Assembly (NCBI GenBank): GCA_963835585.1 | Contig: CAWIGF010000001.1 | Coordinates: 34,184-98,183, forward strand | From: an uncultured Candidatus Woesearchaeota archaeon | Lineage (GTDB): Archaea; Nanobdellota; Nanobdellia; Woesearchaeales; UBA10107 | Direction of reading: 5' to 3' | DNA length: 64,000 nt | Part shown: one piece after another, positions 27,651 through 37,336 of the stretch | Layout: every line of letters begins with the position of its first letter | Position numbering within the stretch: position 1 is the first letter of the stretch | Position numbers and translations under genes: made by a program | The notes under the pieces: generated by a model | What the model saw: only the letters and a program-made list of their open reading frames with translations | Database searches by the model: none | Told to the model about the DNA's origin: nothing

Positions 27651-29486
27651 TCGTTCAAATCTCTCCTTAACTTCATCGTATTTCTCTTTAGAATGTTCTT
27701 TTGCGTCTTTTAGAGTGGCCAATTCAACGTCATCTATTTGTTCTTTTCCCATCGCATATGACAGCCAAGTTTTTATGAATTCACTGTCTTTTTGATTTAT
27801 ATTGCTTGCATTAATGTAATTGGCAAATTTTGGGCCTTTCTCTTCAACTGCTTCCGCGTAAGCAGGCAATCCAATTCTTGCAATAGTCAGTGCTTTTTCC
27901 AAATCAACATAATTTATTTTCTTATCTGTCGCCCTATTTGCATAAACGCTGCTTGAATCTTTAATTTCGCCTGCACTAAGTCCATATTCAATGGATTTCT
28001 CGGGCATTGCAAATTCTGGCGGGACCTGAGAAGTTCCGATTGCGTCATGAGGACCGTATGATTGCCACATTTGATATTGTGCATCAGTAATCATCCCATT
28101 CCTATCCATATAAATTCTTTCGACTTTAGCTGCTTTTTCATATGCATCCAATAAATTTTCAATGTATTTTTTCCCTTCGGATGACATTCCCACGAACAAA
28201 CTTGGAGGTCCTTCGAACATCAATCCCAAATATCTTGGATGGGAAGGAATGTTCTCTTCACTATAGACAAAACTAATTGGCTTTTGATCCGTATTCGGCG
28301 CCGGCATATAGATCGCTCTTGATGGATTTGAAGGCATAGAAACATTGGTTGAAGTTTGAATGAATTTCCCCCAAGCCCATAGGATTGCTATGGCAGCAGC
28401 AGGATACCCAAACATTCTTAATTTCTTTGCCATCTGTTTGGACAAATTCATGTTTTCTCTTATTTTCTGTAGTTCGCTCTGCAAGCGCTCTCCATCGCAT
28501 TGTCTCTTATCAGGATCAATATTTAGCGCTTTTTGAATGAAAGACCTAAGTTGCCTAGGAACGTTCTTTTTTATCTTTTTGTTAATTTTTTTAACAAATT
28601 CTTCTCTGTAGTCCTCATCGTTTTCCAGTTTCTTGTTCAATTCAATCAACGTGCTCTCAGGATTATCACCCTTCCTCAATTCGTCTTCAAGAATATATTC
28701 TCCCGAGAACATCCTGTACATCAATGAACCAAATGACCAGACATCAGATTCCTTCGTCGGTTTCGAAGAACATGATGCGCATTCTGGTGCTCTTGTACAT
28801 ATTTCTCCCATATTGTCCCTAGGAGATCCTGTTCTTCCGAATATGCTTTGCGACGTTCCTAAATCATTGATGAACCAGTGACCATATTTCTTTTGCACAT
28901 TTGCTGGCTTCAAATCACCATGGACCCTCTCATGCTTTTCATGGATTTCAGCTAATCCGGTTGCAATATCTGTTGAAATCTCGAGAATATCATCTAGTTT
29001 AAGTGATTTGTTATTTAATGATAACCTGAAATCATCACCCTCTTTCTCTCCTAATTCCTCGGCAAGATCATTCTCATAAACATCCATGACGATATAATTA
29101 TTTCCAAGTTTATCTTTTCCATACGATCGCGGAACGACATTTGAACAAGGAATAAGTTTTCCTGCTTCATTTTTTACAATTTTCTCCATGTTTAGTTTTC
29201 TGTGTTTCATTTGCCTTTTGGCCAATTCTGTTGGAGCAAGAATTTTCAAAGCGACATCCATATCCAAAGTATTATCATGTGCTTCACATACAACTCCCCA
29301 TTGTCCTTCTCCCAAGAATTTTGTTAATTCGTATCTGTCATCGCTGAATTTCCTAATGCCCCTTTCTTCTAATTTATCAAGAGCATATTTTATTTTACTT
29401 CCATCTCTTTCTGCTTCCCAATCATTTAATAGATGAGTTTCCTTTAGTTCTGTTTGTTTCTTTTCTGAAACTTCGACAGGCGTCAT
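27642..29486 (-). CDS. Eukaryotic-like Ser/Thr protein kinase with transmembrane segment and C-terminal extracytoplasmic domain
   Basis: GEGQWGVV (Gly loop), VALKIL (Lys), HGDLKPANV (catalytic loop), DLGTSQ (DFG-like). Hydrophobic FGYPAAAIAILWAWGKF segment followed by about 240 aa. Confidence 0.8.
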   Translation of the reverse strand: MTPVEVSEKKQTELKETHLLNDWEAERDGSKIKYALDKLEERGIRKFSDDRYELTKFLGEGQWGVVCEAHDNTLDMDVALKILAPTELAKRQMKHRKLNMEKIVKNEAGKLIPCSNVVPRSYGKDKLGNNYIVMDVYENDLAEELGEKEGDDFRLSLNNKSLKLDDILEISTDIATGLAEIHEKHERVHGDLKPANVQKKYGHWFINDLGTSQSIFGRTGSPRDNMGEICTRAPECASCSSKPTKESDVWSFGSLMYRMFSGEYILEDELRKGDNPESTLIELNKKLENDEDYREEFVKKINKKIKKNVPRQLRSFIQKALNIDPDKRQCDGERLQSELQKIRENMNLSKQMAKKLRMFGYPAAAIAILWAWGKFIQTSTNVSMPSNPSRAIYMPAPNTDQKPISFVYSEENIPSHPRYLGLMFEGPPSLFVGMSSEGKKYIENLLDAYEKAAKVERIYMDRNGMITDAQYQMWQSYGPHDAIGTSQVPPEFAMPEKSIEYGLSAGEIKDSSSVYANRATDKKINYVDLEKALTIARIGLPAYAEAVEEKGPKFANYINASNINQKDSEFIKTWLSYAMGKEQIDDVELATLKDAKEHSKEKYDEVKERFERSK

Positions 29487-29732
29487 GGCGCATCCTCCAA
29501 TATGTCGATTGTTACCTTGACCAATGTTTTTGGCTTAAGATGCTGCTCAAGAACTCGTGGAACTACTATAATCGACTGTGAGCCGTGCTTGGCTACTTTC
29601 TTCGTTATGATAAACTGCTTTTCCCCCATTTTATACATACGGTATGTATGGGTTATTTATATATTTTACTACTTTAAAGAAGTAACAAAACAACCGAAAC
29701 ATTTATAATCTATAAATTATAATATATGAAAT

Positions 29733-29939
29733 ATGACAACATCAATAGCGGTTAAGGAAGAAACAAAAGATATGCTTGAGCAGGTAAAAGAAGAGCTTAA
29801 CTCACCTAATTTTGACGACGTAATCAGGACACTGATTGCAAAAACAAAAAAACCTGAAAAATCTATGTATGGAGCCGGCGGGAAGATGCCGTTGAAAGAA
29901 ATATTGAAAGACCTGAGGGACAAAAGTGACAGATACTAA
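29733..29939 (+). CDS. vapB: VapB-type antitoxin
   Basis: 68 aa, upstream of and overlapping the PIN gene. Confidence 0.6.
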   Translation: MTTSIAVKEETKDMLEQVKEELNSPNFDDVIRTLIAKTKKPEKSMYGAGGKMPLKEILKDLRDKSDRY

Positions 29940-30297
29940 ATGCCTTGATTCGTCAGCATGGCTTGCATATTATTTTGCGGAAAGCATCGAAATGAAAAAC
30001 ATAATCGATTCGGAATCATCAATTGTCACGTCATCGATTTCGCTCTTTGAGATAAAAAAACGCCTTAAAAAAGCAAAAAAAGACTATGAAACATTCCTGA
30101 CTTTCTTGAAGAAAAGGAGTTCTGTCATAATTGCACCAGGGATTATTCTTGCAGAAAATGCAGCGGATGTATCTATCGATCATGGACTTGGAGCTGTTGA
30201 TTCATTGATTTATGCTACAGCGCAATTTGCCGATGCAGAATTGATAACGGCAGACAATGATTTCAGGGAATTGGACAATGTCAAGATAATATCATGA
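29926..30297 (+). CDS. vapC: PIN-domain toxin VapC
   Basis: Acidic residues in PIN positions (CLDSSAWLAYY at the N-terminus; DSLIYATA; ITADNDF). Confidence 0.75.
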   Translation: MTDTKCLDSSAWLAYYFAESIEMKNIIDSESSIVTSSISLFEIKKRLKKAKKDYETFLTFLKKRSSVIIAPGIILAENAADVSIDHGLGAVDSLIYATAQFADAELITADNDFRELDNVKIIS

Positions 30298-30575
30298 AAA
30301 AGGCTGCAAAATATTGGTCAGGAAGAGTAACTACAGAAAGCAATTCGCTTGATCTGGAACAGGGAGTCTTCACGAAGTCAAGTCCTCGTGCAATCGCCAT
30401 GTCATTGAAACGCTCTGCAGAAGAAAGCGCAAGAAAAAAAACAGATTCGTTCCGTTCAGCCATGTCTATGCTGAATTTCTACATCAACCGAGCTGGAAAG
30501 AACATCTCTGCGAACAGAAAAAAAGTGCTTGAGAAAGCCAAAGACGAATTAAGAAAACTGTTCAAGCGAGATTGA
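30294..30575 (+). CDS. DUF3175-like small protein
   Basis: Segment RSAMSMLNFYINRAGKN. Confidence 0.35.
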   Translation: MKKAAKYWSGRVTTESNSLDLEQGVFTKSSPRAIAMSLKRSAEESARKKTDSFRSAMSMLNFYINRAGKNISANRKKVLEKAKDELRKLFKRD

Positions 30576-30580
30576 AAAAT

Positions 30581-31234
30581 TCAAAAGGAGAAATCCTGCT
30601 CTTCGCTCAATGATGCTTTCTGTTTCTCTAGTTCGAAGATATGCTTGCATAATCCGTCATATTTCTTGTTCGCAGCAGGTGAATTAAACAAGGAATTATT
30701 TACTATGAACTCAACAGGATCTTTGTTTTCAATTAATATCGAATCTATGTGGTTTGTTCTTCCGGGAAAAGAATATTTTCCTTTAATTGAAGAATTATCA
30801 TCCTTCGCATAAACTTCTACATCAGTACTTGGAAATCCTGCATTTAGTCTAATGGCTCGATAAAGTGGAGCGTTAGTTGCGAAAGAAAGCAATCCTTCTC
30901 CAATTCTTGCGCCAAGATTCGAGTTCTTATCTTGAGAAGCGCCAATGTCGTTGCGTTGGGATATTTTCACATGAGGTGAATCATATATCATAAGGTTATG
31001 TTCCTTATGCTGCAGAACACCGACAGAAAGAACATTAACTATAACCCATCCAGCAAAAGCCCCAATCAATGGATTTTGTTTTTTCTTTTTCTTTCCTGCA
31101 ACATATCCAAAATAAACAGGAAGGGATATTGTCGCTGCTGCGGCGTGCGCAAGACCTATACCGAAACCGTATGCAAGTGATTTATATTTTTCAGAAGAGG
31201 TAATGGGTGTCTCCACACCAGGTATGTTATCCAT
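30581..31234 (-). CDS. Membrane hypothetical protein
   Basis: Two N-terminal transmembrane helices, then a soluble domain. Confidence 0.4.
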   Translation of the reverse strand: MDNIPGVETPITSSEKYKSLAYGFGIGLAHAAAATISLPVYFGYVAGKKKKKQNPLIGAFAGWVIVNVLSVGVLQHKEHNLMIYDSPHVKISQRNDIGASQDKNSNLGARIGEGLLSFATNAPLYRAIRLNAGFPSTDVEVYAKDDNSSIKGKYSFPGRTNHIDSILIENKDPVEFIVNNSLFNSPAANKKYDGLCKHIFELEKQKASLSEEQDFSF

Positions 31235-31309
31235 GCTTCATCGAAATATAACATGTATATAAGATTGACTGCCAAAACCTTTATAAAGAAGCACTAGAGC
31301 AAAAGAACC

Positions 31310-31753
31310 ATGGAGATTATACACAGTGTTAATCCAAATGAACTTATCAAAAGGCTTGCGCAGGAGCTACAAAACAAGGCTGAATGCAAACCTCCAGTAT
31401 GGGCCAAATTCGTAAAGACTGGCACTCACAAAGAGAGGCCGCCGATGGACGAAAACTGGTGGTACCAAAGATTGGCAGCAATTCTTAGGACAGTATATAT
31501 TCAAGGTCCTGTCGGCGTGAACACGCTAAGGACAAAATATGGCGGAAGAAAAAACATGGGCTATCAGCCTGAAAGATTCAAAAAAGGTTCAGGAAACATA
31601 GCAAGAAAAAGCCTTCAGCAACTGGAAAAGGCAGGATTGATCAAACATGTCCAGAAAGGATTGTACAAAGGCAGAGTCGTTACTCCTGCTGGAATGAAAT
31701 TGCTTGAATTAGTAGCGACGCAGATATCAACAGAGGCAAAGAAGACACAATAA
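31310..31753 (+). CDS. rps19e: 30S ribosomal protein S19e
   Basis: S19e signature (PPVWAKFVKTGTHKERPP..WWYQRLAAILR). Confidence 0.85.
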   Translation: MEIIHSVNPNELIKRLAQELQNKAECKPPVWAKFVKTGTHKERPPMDENWWYQRLAAILRTVYIQGPVGVNTLRTKYGGRKNMGYQPERFKKGSGNIARKSLQQLEKAGLIKHVQKGLYKGRVVTPAGMKLLELVATQISTEAKKTQ

Positions 31754-31926
31754 TGGCAAGATACATGACTTCAGGAAGGAAAATGAAATTAGCCAAAGAA
31801 GGGCGAAGGACAAGATGGGCTCCTTTCTGGATCATACCCAAGATTTTTGGAAAAACAAGGAGAATCCATCCAGGAAGAAAGACATTTGTAAAAAGAAGCT
31901 GGAGAAAGACAAAATTAAGGAAGTAA
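31753..31926 (+). CDS. rpl39e: 50S ribosomal protein L39e (57 aa, not in ORF track)
   Basis: Translation MARYMTSGRKMKLAKEGRRTRWAPFWIIPKIFGKTRRIHPGRKTFVKRSWRKTKLRK. taATGg overlaps the S19e stop. Confidence 0.65.
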   Translation: MARYMTSGRKMKLAKEGRRTRWAPFWIIPKIFGKTRRIHPGRKTFVKRSWRKTKLRK

Positions 31927-31927
31927 A

Positions 31928-32431
31928 ATGGCAATATTAGAACGAACATACATAATTCCGTTGCGAAAGCAGGTGAATAAATCTCCTAGATACAAGAGAG
32001 CGAAGAAAGCAGTGAGTACAGTGAGAATATTCCTTGAAAAACACATGAAGTCCAAGGACGTGAAGATTGGCGAAGTGTTGAACCGCGCTATGTGGGAAAA
32101 CGGGATAAAGAATCCGCCTGGCAAGATCAAAGTAACTGTAACGAAAGATGATAAAGGCATTGTCAAGGCAGAATTGTTCGGACACCAATACATCGAGAAG
32201 AGAAAAGAAGTAAAACAGGAAAAATCAAAATTAGAGCAGCTCAAAGAGAAGATAACTGGAAAAGAAGAAGTTGCAAAGGAAGAGCACAACAAAGAAGCGA
32301 TAACACACGTTCCTCAGGAAGAGCATAGCCATGAAGGACACGATAATTCCAAGGAACTAAAATCAACAACAGAAAAAGAACGAAAGGTGGCGACCGGAAC
32401 TCAACAGGCGCACCACAAGAACAAGAATTAA
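31928..32431 (+). CDS. rpl31e: 50S ribosomal protein L31e with Lys/Glu-rich C-terminal extension
   Basis: N-terminal 90 aa L31e-like (RTYIIPLRK..VRIFLEKHMK). Followed by about 75 aa of charged low complexity. Confidence 0.8.
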   Translation: MAILERTYIIPLRKQVNKSPRYKRAKKAVSTVRIFLEKHMKSKDVKIGEVLNRAMWENGIKNPPGKIKVTVTKDDKGIVKAELFGHQYIEKRKEVKQEKSKLEQLKEKITGKEEVAKEEHNKEAITHVPQEEHSHEGHDNSKELKSTTEKERKVATGTQQAHHKNKN

Positions 32432-32466
32432 TTCTTACTGCTCAAAAACCCATACGAGAGTGTAAG

Positions 32467-33459
32467 ATGAGTGAATTACCATTTGAAACAATCAAGAGAA
32501 CTGTTCTGATAAAGAAAGAAACAGAGACATCTGGAAAATTTGGAATCAATCCCGAAGAAAGGCCGATAGAAAAACTAATAGAGTACGGGGTCGTAAACAT
32601 AGACAAGCCTGCCGGCCCGACGAGTCATCAAGTTTCTGCATATGTTAAGCAAATCCTTCACATCAACAAAGCCGGACATTCAGGAACGTTGGATCCTAAC
32701 GTTACCGGGGTGCTTGCTGTTGCTCTCGGAAGAGCGACCAAAGTTGTCCAAGGACTTCTCACTGCAGGAAAGGAATATGTTTGCATAATGCATCTTCATA
32801 CTCCAATTTCCGAAGAACGCATAAGAAAAGCAATCGAAAGTTTTTTGGGGACAATATCGCAATTGCCTCCGTTAAAAAGCGCAGTGAAAAGAGAAGTACG
32901 CGAGAGGGACATATATTACATAGATATTCTCGAGATTGACGGCCAGGATGTTTTGTTCAAGGTCGGGTGCGAGGCAGGAACATACATAAGAAAATTATGC
33001 ACTGACATCGGGAAGAAATTGGGGACGAATGGGCACATGGCCGAGCTTAGAAGGACAAAAGCAGGCCCGTTCAACGAGAGCACGCTCGTCACATTGCAGG
33101 AGCTGCAGGATGCTTACATATTCTGGAAGGAAGACAACAACGAGAATTATTTGAGAAAATGCATACAGCGCATAGAAAATGCTGTTGCGCATCTTCCAAA
33201 AATGTGGATTTCCGATTATGCGGTGGATTCTTTGTGCCACGGATCCGCATTGAACGCTCCAGGTGTCGCAAAGCTCGAAAGCGAGATAAAATACAACGAT
33301 ATCGTTGCAATAATGACATTGAAAGACGAGCTTGTCGCGATAGGAAAGGCAAAGATGAACTCGAACGAGCTGATGATGAAGGAAAAAGGAGTTTGCGCAT
33401 TAGTTGATGCCGTGTTCATGGAACCCGGAATATATCCGAAGATAATAAAGAAAGATTAG
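32467..33459 (+). CDS. cbf5: tRNA/rRNA pseudouridine synthase Cbf5 (TruB family, H/ACA RNP catalytic subunit) with PUA domain
   Basis: Motif GHSGTLDPNVTGVL (catalytic Asp). C-terminal PUA-like region. Confidence 0.85.
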   Translation: MSELPFETIKRTVLIKKETETSGKFGINPEERPIEKLIEYGVVNIDKPAGPTSHQVSAYVKQILHINKAGHSGTLDPNVTGVLAVALGRATKVVQGLLTAGKEYVCIMHLHTPISEERIRKAIESFLGTISQLPPLKSAVKREVRERDIYYIDILEIDGQDVLFKVGCEAGTYIRKLCTDIGKKLGTNGHMAELRRTKAGPFNESTLVTLQELQDAYIFWKEDNNENYLRKCIQRIENAVAHLPKMWISDYAVDSLCHGSALNAPGVAKLESEIKYNDIVAIMTLKDELVAIGKAKMNSNELMMKEKGVCALVDAVFMEPGIYPKIIKKD

Positions 33460-34031
33460 ATAAGTGTTTTTTGGGAAAGTTCTCCCTTGACGATGGCCAT
33501 GTCCTTCTCCCATTCGACGATAAGATTCCTGTTGTAAATTATAGCTGCCGGATGGAACAATGGGATCAATTTTATCTTCATTCCGTCTATTTCAATCATC
33601 TTTACCTTTCCGTGGACCGTTGTAATTCCTGGCTGCTTGTCCATAAGATCAGGATTGCAACCTGCTAGGAAGAATTTTGTCGCATAATTCCCCAAAGAGC
33701 ATATTACTTTCGGCTTCATTTCCCTGATTTGCTTCATCAGCCAAGGAGTGTGTGCTTTTATTTCATCTGGCAACGGATCCCTGTTCTCAGGAGGCCTGCA
33801 CTTCAGGATGTTTGTTATGTATATATCATCAAGACCTAATCCAACTTCGGCAAGAAGCTTGTCAAGGTTCTTTCCAGCTGCGCCAACAAATGGAAGTCCT
33901 TGCTCATCCTCGTTTCTTCCTGGCGATTCGCCCACGAAGAGTATGTTTGCATGCAAATTTCCTTTTCCAATGACGATATTCTTGCAATTCTTGCATATTT
34001 CCGTGTTTTTTGCCAGCTCTATCTCGTCCAT
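33456..34031 (-). CDS. udg: Uracil-DNA glycosylase superfamily protein (family 4/5-like)
   Basis: Motif FVGESPGRNEDEQGLPFVGAAGKNLDKLL, and HP near the C-terminus. Confidence 0.75.
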   Translation of the reverse strand: MDEIELAKNTEICKNCKNIVIGKGNLHANILFVGESPGRNEDEQGLPFVGAAGKNLDKLLAEVGLGLDDIYITNILKCRPPENRDPLPDEIKAHTPWLMKQIREMKPKVICSLGNYATKFFLAGCNPDLMDKQPGITTVHGKVKMIEIDGMKIKLIPLFHPAAIIYNRNLIVEWEKDMAIVKGELSQKTLI

Positions 34032-34113
34032 TCATACATTTACATGAAAAAGGTATAAAAACATTACCAAAAAATGATTAGAAAATGCTGCCGTTCCAGG
34101 CAGCTTCAAGGAT

Positions 34114-34185
34114 TTATCTCCTTTTCTTTGATTTTCTTCGTTTGGACTTCTTAGAAGCCTTTCTTTTTGCTCTTTTCTTAGCCAT
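34114..34185 (-). CDS. Tiny highly basic peptide (23 aa), possibly L41e-like
   Basis: Translation MAKKRAKRKASKKSKRRKSKKRR. GAGGTGA 8 nt upstream of the ATG. Confidence 0.25.
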   Translation of the reverse strand: MAKKRAKRKASKKSKRRKSKKRR

Positions 34186-34439
34186 TTGTTTTCACCTCAC
34201 GAAAAAATATTTCGTGTAATGCACGTTAATTATCCGAAGTATAAAAACATTTTCATTTCTTGTGCTGTTAGGTTAAAGGGATCTATTTAAAAAAATAGAA
34301 AAAAAGAGGAATTATTTTTTCCCCCAAAAATCAATAAATGCACTTACAACAAAACCAACTGCGGCTATGCCACAAGGTAAAGCTGCTGGTGGAAATGCTA
34401 CTGATGCACCCACCATAGTTACTGCGGCAAGAATCTTGT

Positions 34440-34751
34440 TTGTTCCTTTTTCAGTTTTTGATTCCATTAAATTCACCCCCAGAGATTATAGCTGAAATAA
34501 GTGTTAATAAAAGAATCGAAAACCGAAAGTTTTATTACTATGTATTGCTATGTAAAACCATGCAAGATGAAAATGTAACTGCAAATTTTGATTCTGTTTT
34601 TATTAAAAAAGTAGTAAAATCACGAGGGAGTTTTGTTATTTGGATTCCAAAAGATGAAGCAGAATTTTTACAAATTAAAGAAAGTTCATTTTTGAGAGTT
34701 GGATTAAAAAAACTTGAAAAAGAAAAAGATTTAAAAAAAGAAGGTTACTAA
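34440..34751 (+). CDS. Hypothetical protein inside the transposon
   Basis: ORF of 103 aa. The true start may be the internal Met (MQDENV). Confidence 0.3.
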   Translation: MFLFQFLIPLNSPPEIIAEISVNKRIENRKFYYYVLLCKTMQDENVTANFDSVFIKKVVKSRGSFVIWIPKDEAEFLQIKESSFLRVGLKKLEKEKDLKKEGY

Positions 34752-34957
34752 AATGTCTATAGAGGTGATATTTTTGTCAGAAAAGGGTGTGACCGGTGGT
34801 CATAATTTTAATGCCCCTTTACTATTTACGAGTGAAGATATTAGCATAAGATTTATATATATGTTAAAATTACCTCTATTGTGGGGGATGCAGTTTTAGT
34901 CAAAAAAATAACTCCACATGACAGAACTATCCACTTCGCTTTCACGAACAAAAAAAC

Positions 34958-35031
34958 TGGGCGTCCGCCGAGATTTGAACTCAGATCTTCGGCGTACAAG
35001 ACCGAAATCCTACGATTGGACGACGGACGCC
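34958..35031 (-). tRNA. tRNA-Thr(TGT)
   Basis: Hand-folded on the minus strand. Acceptor GCGTCCG/CGGACGC, anticodon stem TCGGT/GCCGA with loop CTTGTAC, T arm CTGAG-TTCAAAT-CTCGG, followed by CCA. Confidence 0.65.
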
Positions 35032-35049
35032 ATATTTATTCGAAAAAAG

Positions 35050-35123
35050 TAGGCGGCAGGGGACTTGAACCCCCGATCTCCAATTTAGCGGACTGGCGAT
35101 CTATCCAACTAATCTAGCCGCCC
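35050..35123 (-). tRNA. tRNA with apparent GCT anticodon but class I architecture (short 5 nt variable loop)
   Basis: Minus strand: GGGCGGC-TA-GATT-AGTTGGATA-GATC-G-CCAGT-CCGCTAA-ATTGG-AGATC-GGGGG-TTCAAGT-CCCCT-GCCGCCT-A. C at position 33 is unusual. Confidence 0.5.
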
Positions 35124-35386
35124 TTTTTCTTTTTTTCAGGAATTTAGAATCAACTCTAAATCCCCCATTCACTCGTCGCGTGAGCTACTTAAACATTTTC
35201 ACACATCGGTTCGTGCAAATAATCCCTACTGGTTTGCCCTCGCCGAATCGGCGAAACTATTTTTGTGAATTGTGATACTCGTGAGTTGTGAATAGGCAAA
35301 CAGTAGGCGTTTCGTTTAGAAATCGCCATGCTGTTTAAGCATTTTTTGCTTGAAAATATAAAATCATACTGAATTCAAAAATGTTT

Positions 35387-36307
35387 CTAATTATTCTTTT
35401 TGACATAATCCCGACAAAACTTCTGTTCAGAAGCCAATCTAATCAAACCCAACCACCTATTCTCGCCTGTTTCAAGTCTTAATCCTGCTAATTCGCAAGG
35501 AACTCTTCCTGTTGTTGTGTGAGCTTCAATAAAGTTATGCTGTAAAACAATTCCCTGCATTAAAATAGGAGCTGACCAAAGCGCTTTTAACGTTCTAAAA
35601 TTTCTTACTCTGTCTTTTATCTTGCTGAAAACTGTTTCAATTCTAACATTATGAACTTTTGATTTTCTGACATTATTTACTCTATGTTCTACCTTAAGTC
35701 TTGAGCCACCATGGTCAACACGTGTTGCTCTATTAGAAGAGAAAATTCTTCTCATGGCTTTTGGATAGAATAATGCGGCATCAGTTTGAATATATCTTGG
35801 CAATCCATTCTTTGTTGTCTTTTTTAAGAAATCTACTGCTTCCTCAACATTGGCAGTAATGCTATAGTGTATTCCTGAAATAAATCTCGTTCCATAATCA
35901 ATAGCACACCAAAATTTATCTTTTCTGCCTTCGCAGTCCAATTCGGTTTCATCGGCATAAAAATTACCTTCAAGAATTGGTTTTAAGTTATCAGTATATT
36001 TCTGAACTTTCAAAACATACTTTCTACACCAATCCAATACGCTTACATGAGAAGCATTATGTGGGTAATGCCTTCTGAAATGATTTCTTACTTTCCTGCT
36101 TGAAAGATTGCTGAAATAAAGGTCTATGCCGTCAGTAATCTTTTCAGGGCTATTTCTCATTCTAAAGAAACCATCATCTTTTACAAAAGCAGTTTTACAA
36201 GATTTACATTCATATCTCTGTATTAAACCCCTATTCTGTGTCTTTCTCATTCCTCGTTTCTTTATGTCTTTGCTTTGACATTTTGGGCATTTTGTTTGGT
36301 TTTCCAT
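35387..36307 (-). CDS. DDE transposase with N-terminal C2C2 zinc finger (IS1595/IS1-like)
   Basis: N-terminal CPKCQS...CKSCK. Central and C-terminal acidic residues. 306 aa. Sits inside the IR-bounded element with 8 bp TSD. Confidence 0.75.
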   Translation of the reverse strand: MENQTKCPKCQSKDIKKRGMRKTQNRGLIQRYECKSCKTAFVKDDGFFRMRNSPEKITDGIDLYFSNLSSRKVRNHFRRHYPHNASHVSVLDWCRKYVLKVQKYTDNLKPILEGNFYADETELDCEGRKDKFWCAIDYGTRFISGIHYSITANVEEAVDFLKKTTKNGLPRYIQTDAALFYPKAMRRIFSSNRATRVDHGGSRLKVEHRVNNVRKSKVHNVRIETVFSKIKDRVRNFRTLKALWSAPILMQGIVLQHNFIEAHTTTGRVPCELAGLRLETGENRWLGLIRLASEQKFCRDYVKKNN

Positions 36308-36414
36308 GTTATATACCTTATTAGTATATTATTATATAAGTATAGCTTATATATAAATCTTACGTTTCTAGTAATATACGAAAGATTTATATACCATATT
36401 AGTATATATGATAT

Positions 36415-36565
36415 TATGGGATTAATAGAAATAAAGCAAAAAGGCTTTAAATGTGAACGTTGTGGTCACGAATGGGTACCACACGACATAAAGCAAGAAC
36501 CAACAGTATGCCCAAAATGTAAGTCACCTTATTGGAATAAACCAAGACAAAAGAAAAAGGATTAG
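36415..36565 (+). CDS. Small zinc-ribbon protein (49 aa) translationally coupled to the DNA methyltransferase
   Basis: Translation MGLIEIKQKGFKCERCGHEWVPHDIKQEPTVCPKCKSPYWNKPRQKKKD. Its stop is immediately followed by the methyltransferase ATG. Confidence 0.45.
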
Positions 36566-37336
36566 ATGAAAACAGAACACAAGATAGTTTACGGGGATTG
36601 TTTAGAAGAATTAAAGAAACTACCTGATGAATCAGTAGACTTGATTTTTGCAGATCCACCTTATGGACTAGCAAAGAAAACAGGATTAGACTCACCATAT
36701 AGCAAACACGTAACGCTTCAAGAAGCATGGGATATTTTTTCAAAAGATGATTTTTTTAAATTTAATATAGAATGGATAACAGAATGTTGGCGAGTTTTGA
36801 AGCATGGTGGCAGCTTCTGGGTATGTGGTTCATTCCATAATATTTACCAACTAGGATTTATTTTACAGCATTTAGATGCTAAAATAAATAATAGCATTGT
36901 TTGGTTTAAGCCAAATGCACAGCCAAATATAACATGCAGAATGTTCACAGAAAGCACAGAGCATTTAATATGGGCTGTTAAAAATCATTCCAAAACAAAA
37001 TGGACATTTAACTACGAAGATACCAAAAACAAGATTTTTGATAGCATAAATCCAAAAGGAAAACAAACTAGAAATGTCTGGAGTATTGCTCTTACATCGC
37101 CAAAAGAAAAATGGGCAGGAGTTCATCCCACACAGAAGCCGATTGAATTACTCAGAAGGATTATTTTATCATCTTCAAAACCAAATGACTTAGTTCTTGA
37201 TCCTTTTGTCGGCTCTGGCACAACTTCTGTAGTGGCTAAACTGCTTGGGAGAAATTCAATAGGTATAGACAATAACAAAAAATATCTAGAGATAGCAAAG
37301 AAAAGACTAGCACAGGAAACTTTACTTCTTAGGTAA
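36566..37336 (+). CDS. Type II DNA methyltransferase, beta-class (N4-cytosine or N6-adenine)
   Basis: Motif IV DLIFADPPYG precedes motif I VLDPFVGSGTT (beta-class order). Confidence 0.85.
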   Translation: MKTEHKIVYGDCLEELKKLPDESVDLIFADPPYGLAKKTGLDSPYSKHVTLQEAWDIFSKDDFFKFNIEWITECWRVLKHGGSFWVCGSFHNIYQLGFILQHLDAKINNSIVWFKPNAQPNITCRMFTESTEHLIWAVKNHSKTKWTFNYEDTKNKIFDSINPKGKQTRNVWSIALTSPKEKWAGVHPTQKPIELLRRIILSSSKPNDLVLDPFVGSGTTSVVAKLLGRNSIGIDNNKKYLEIAKKRLAQETLLLR

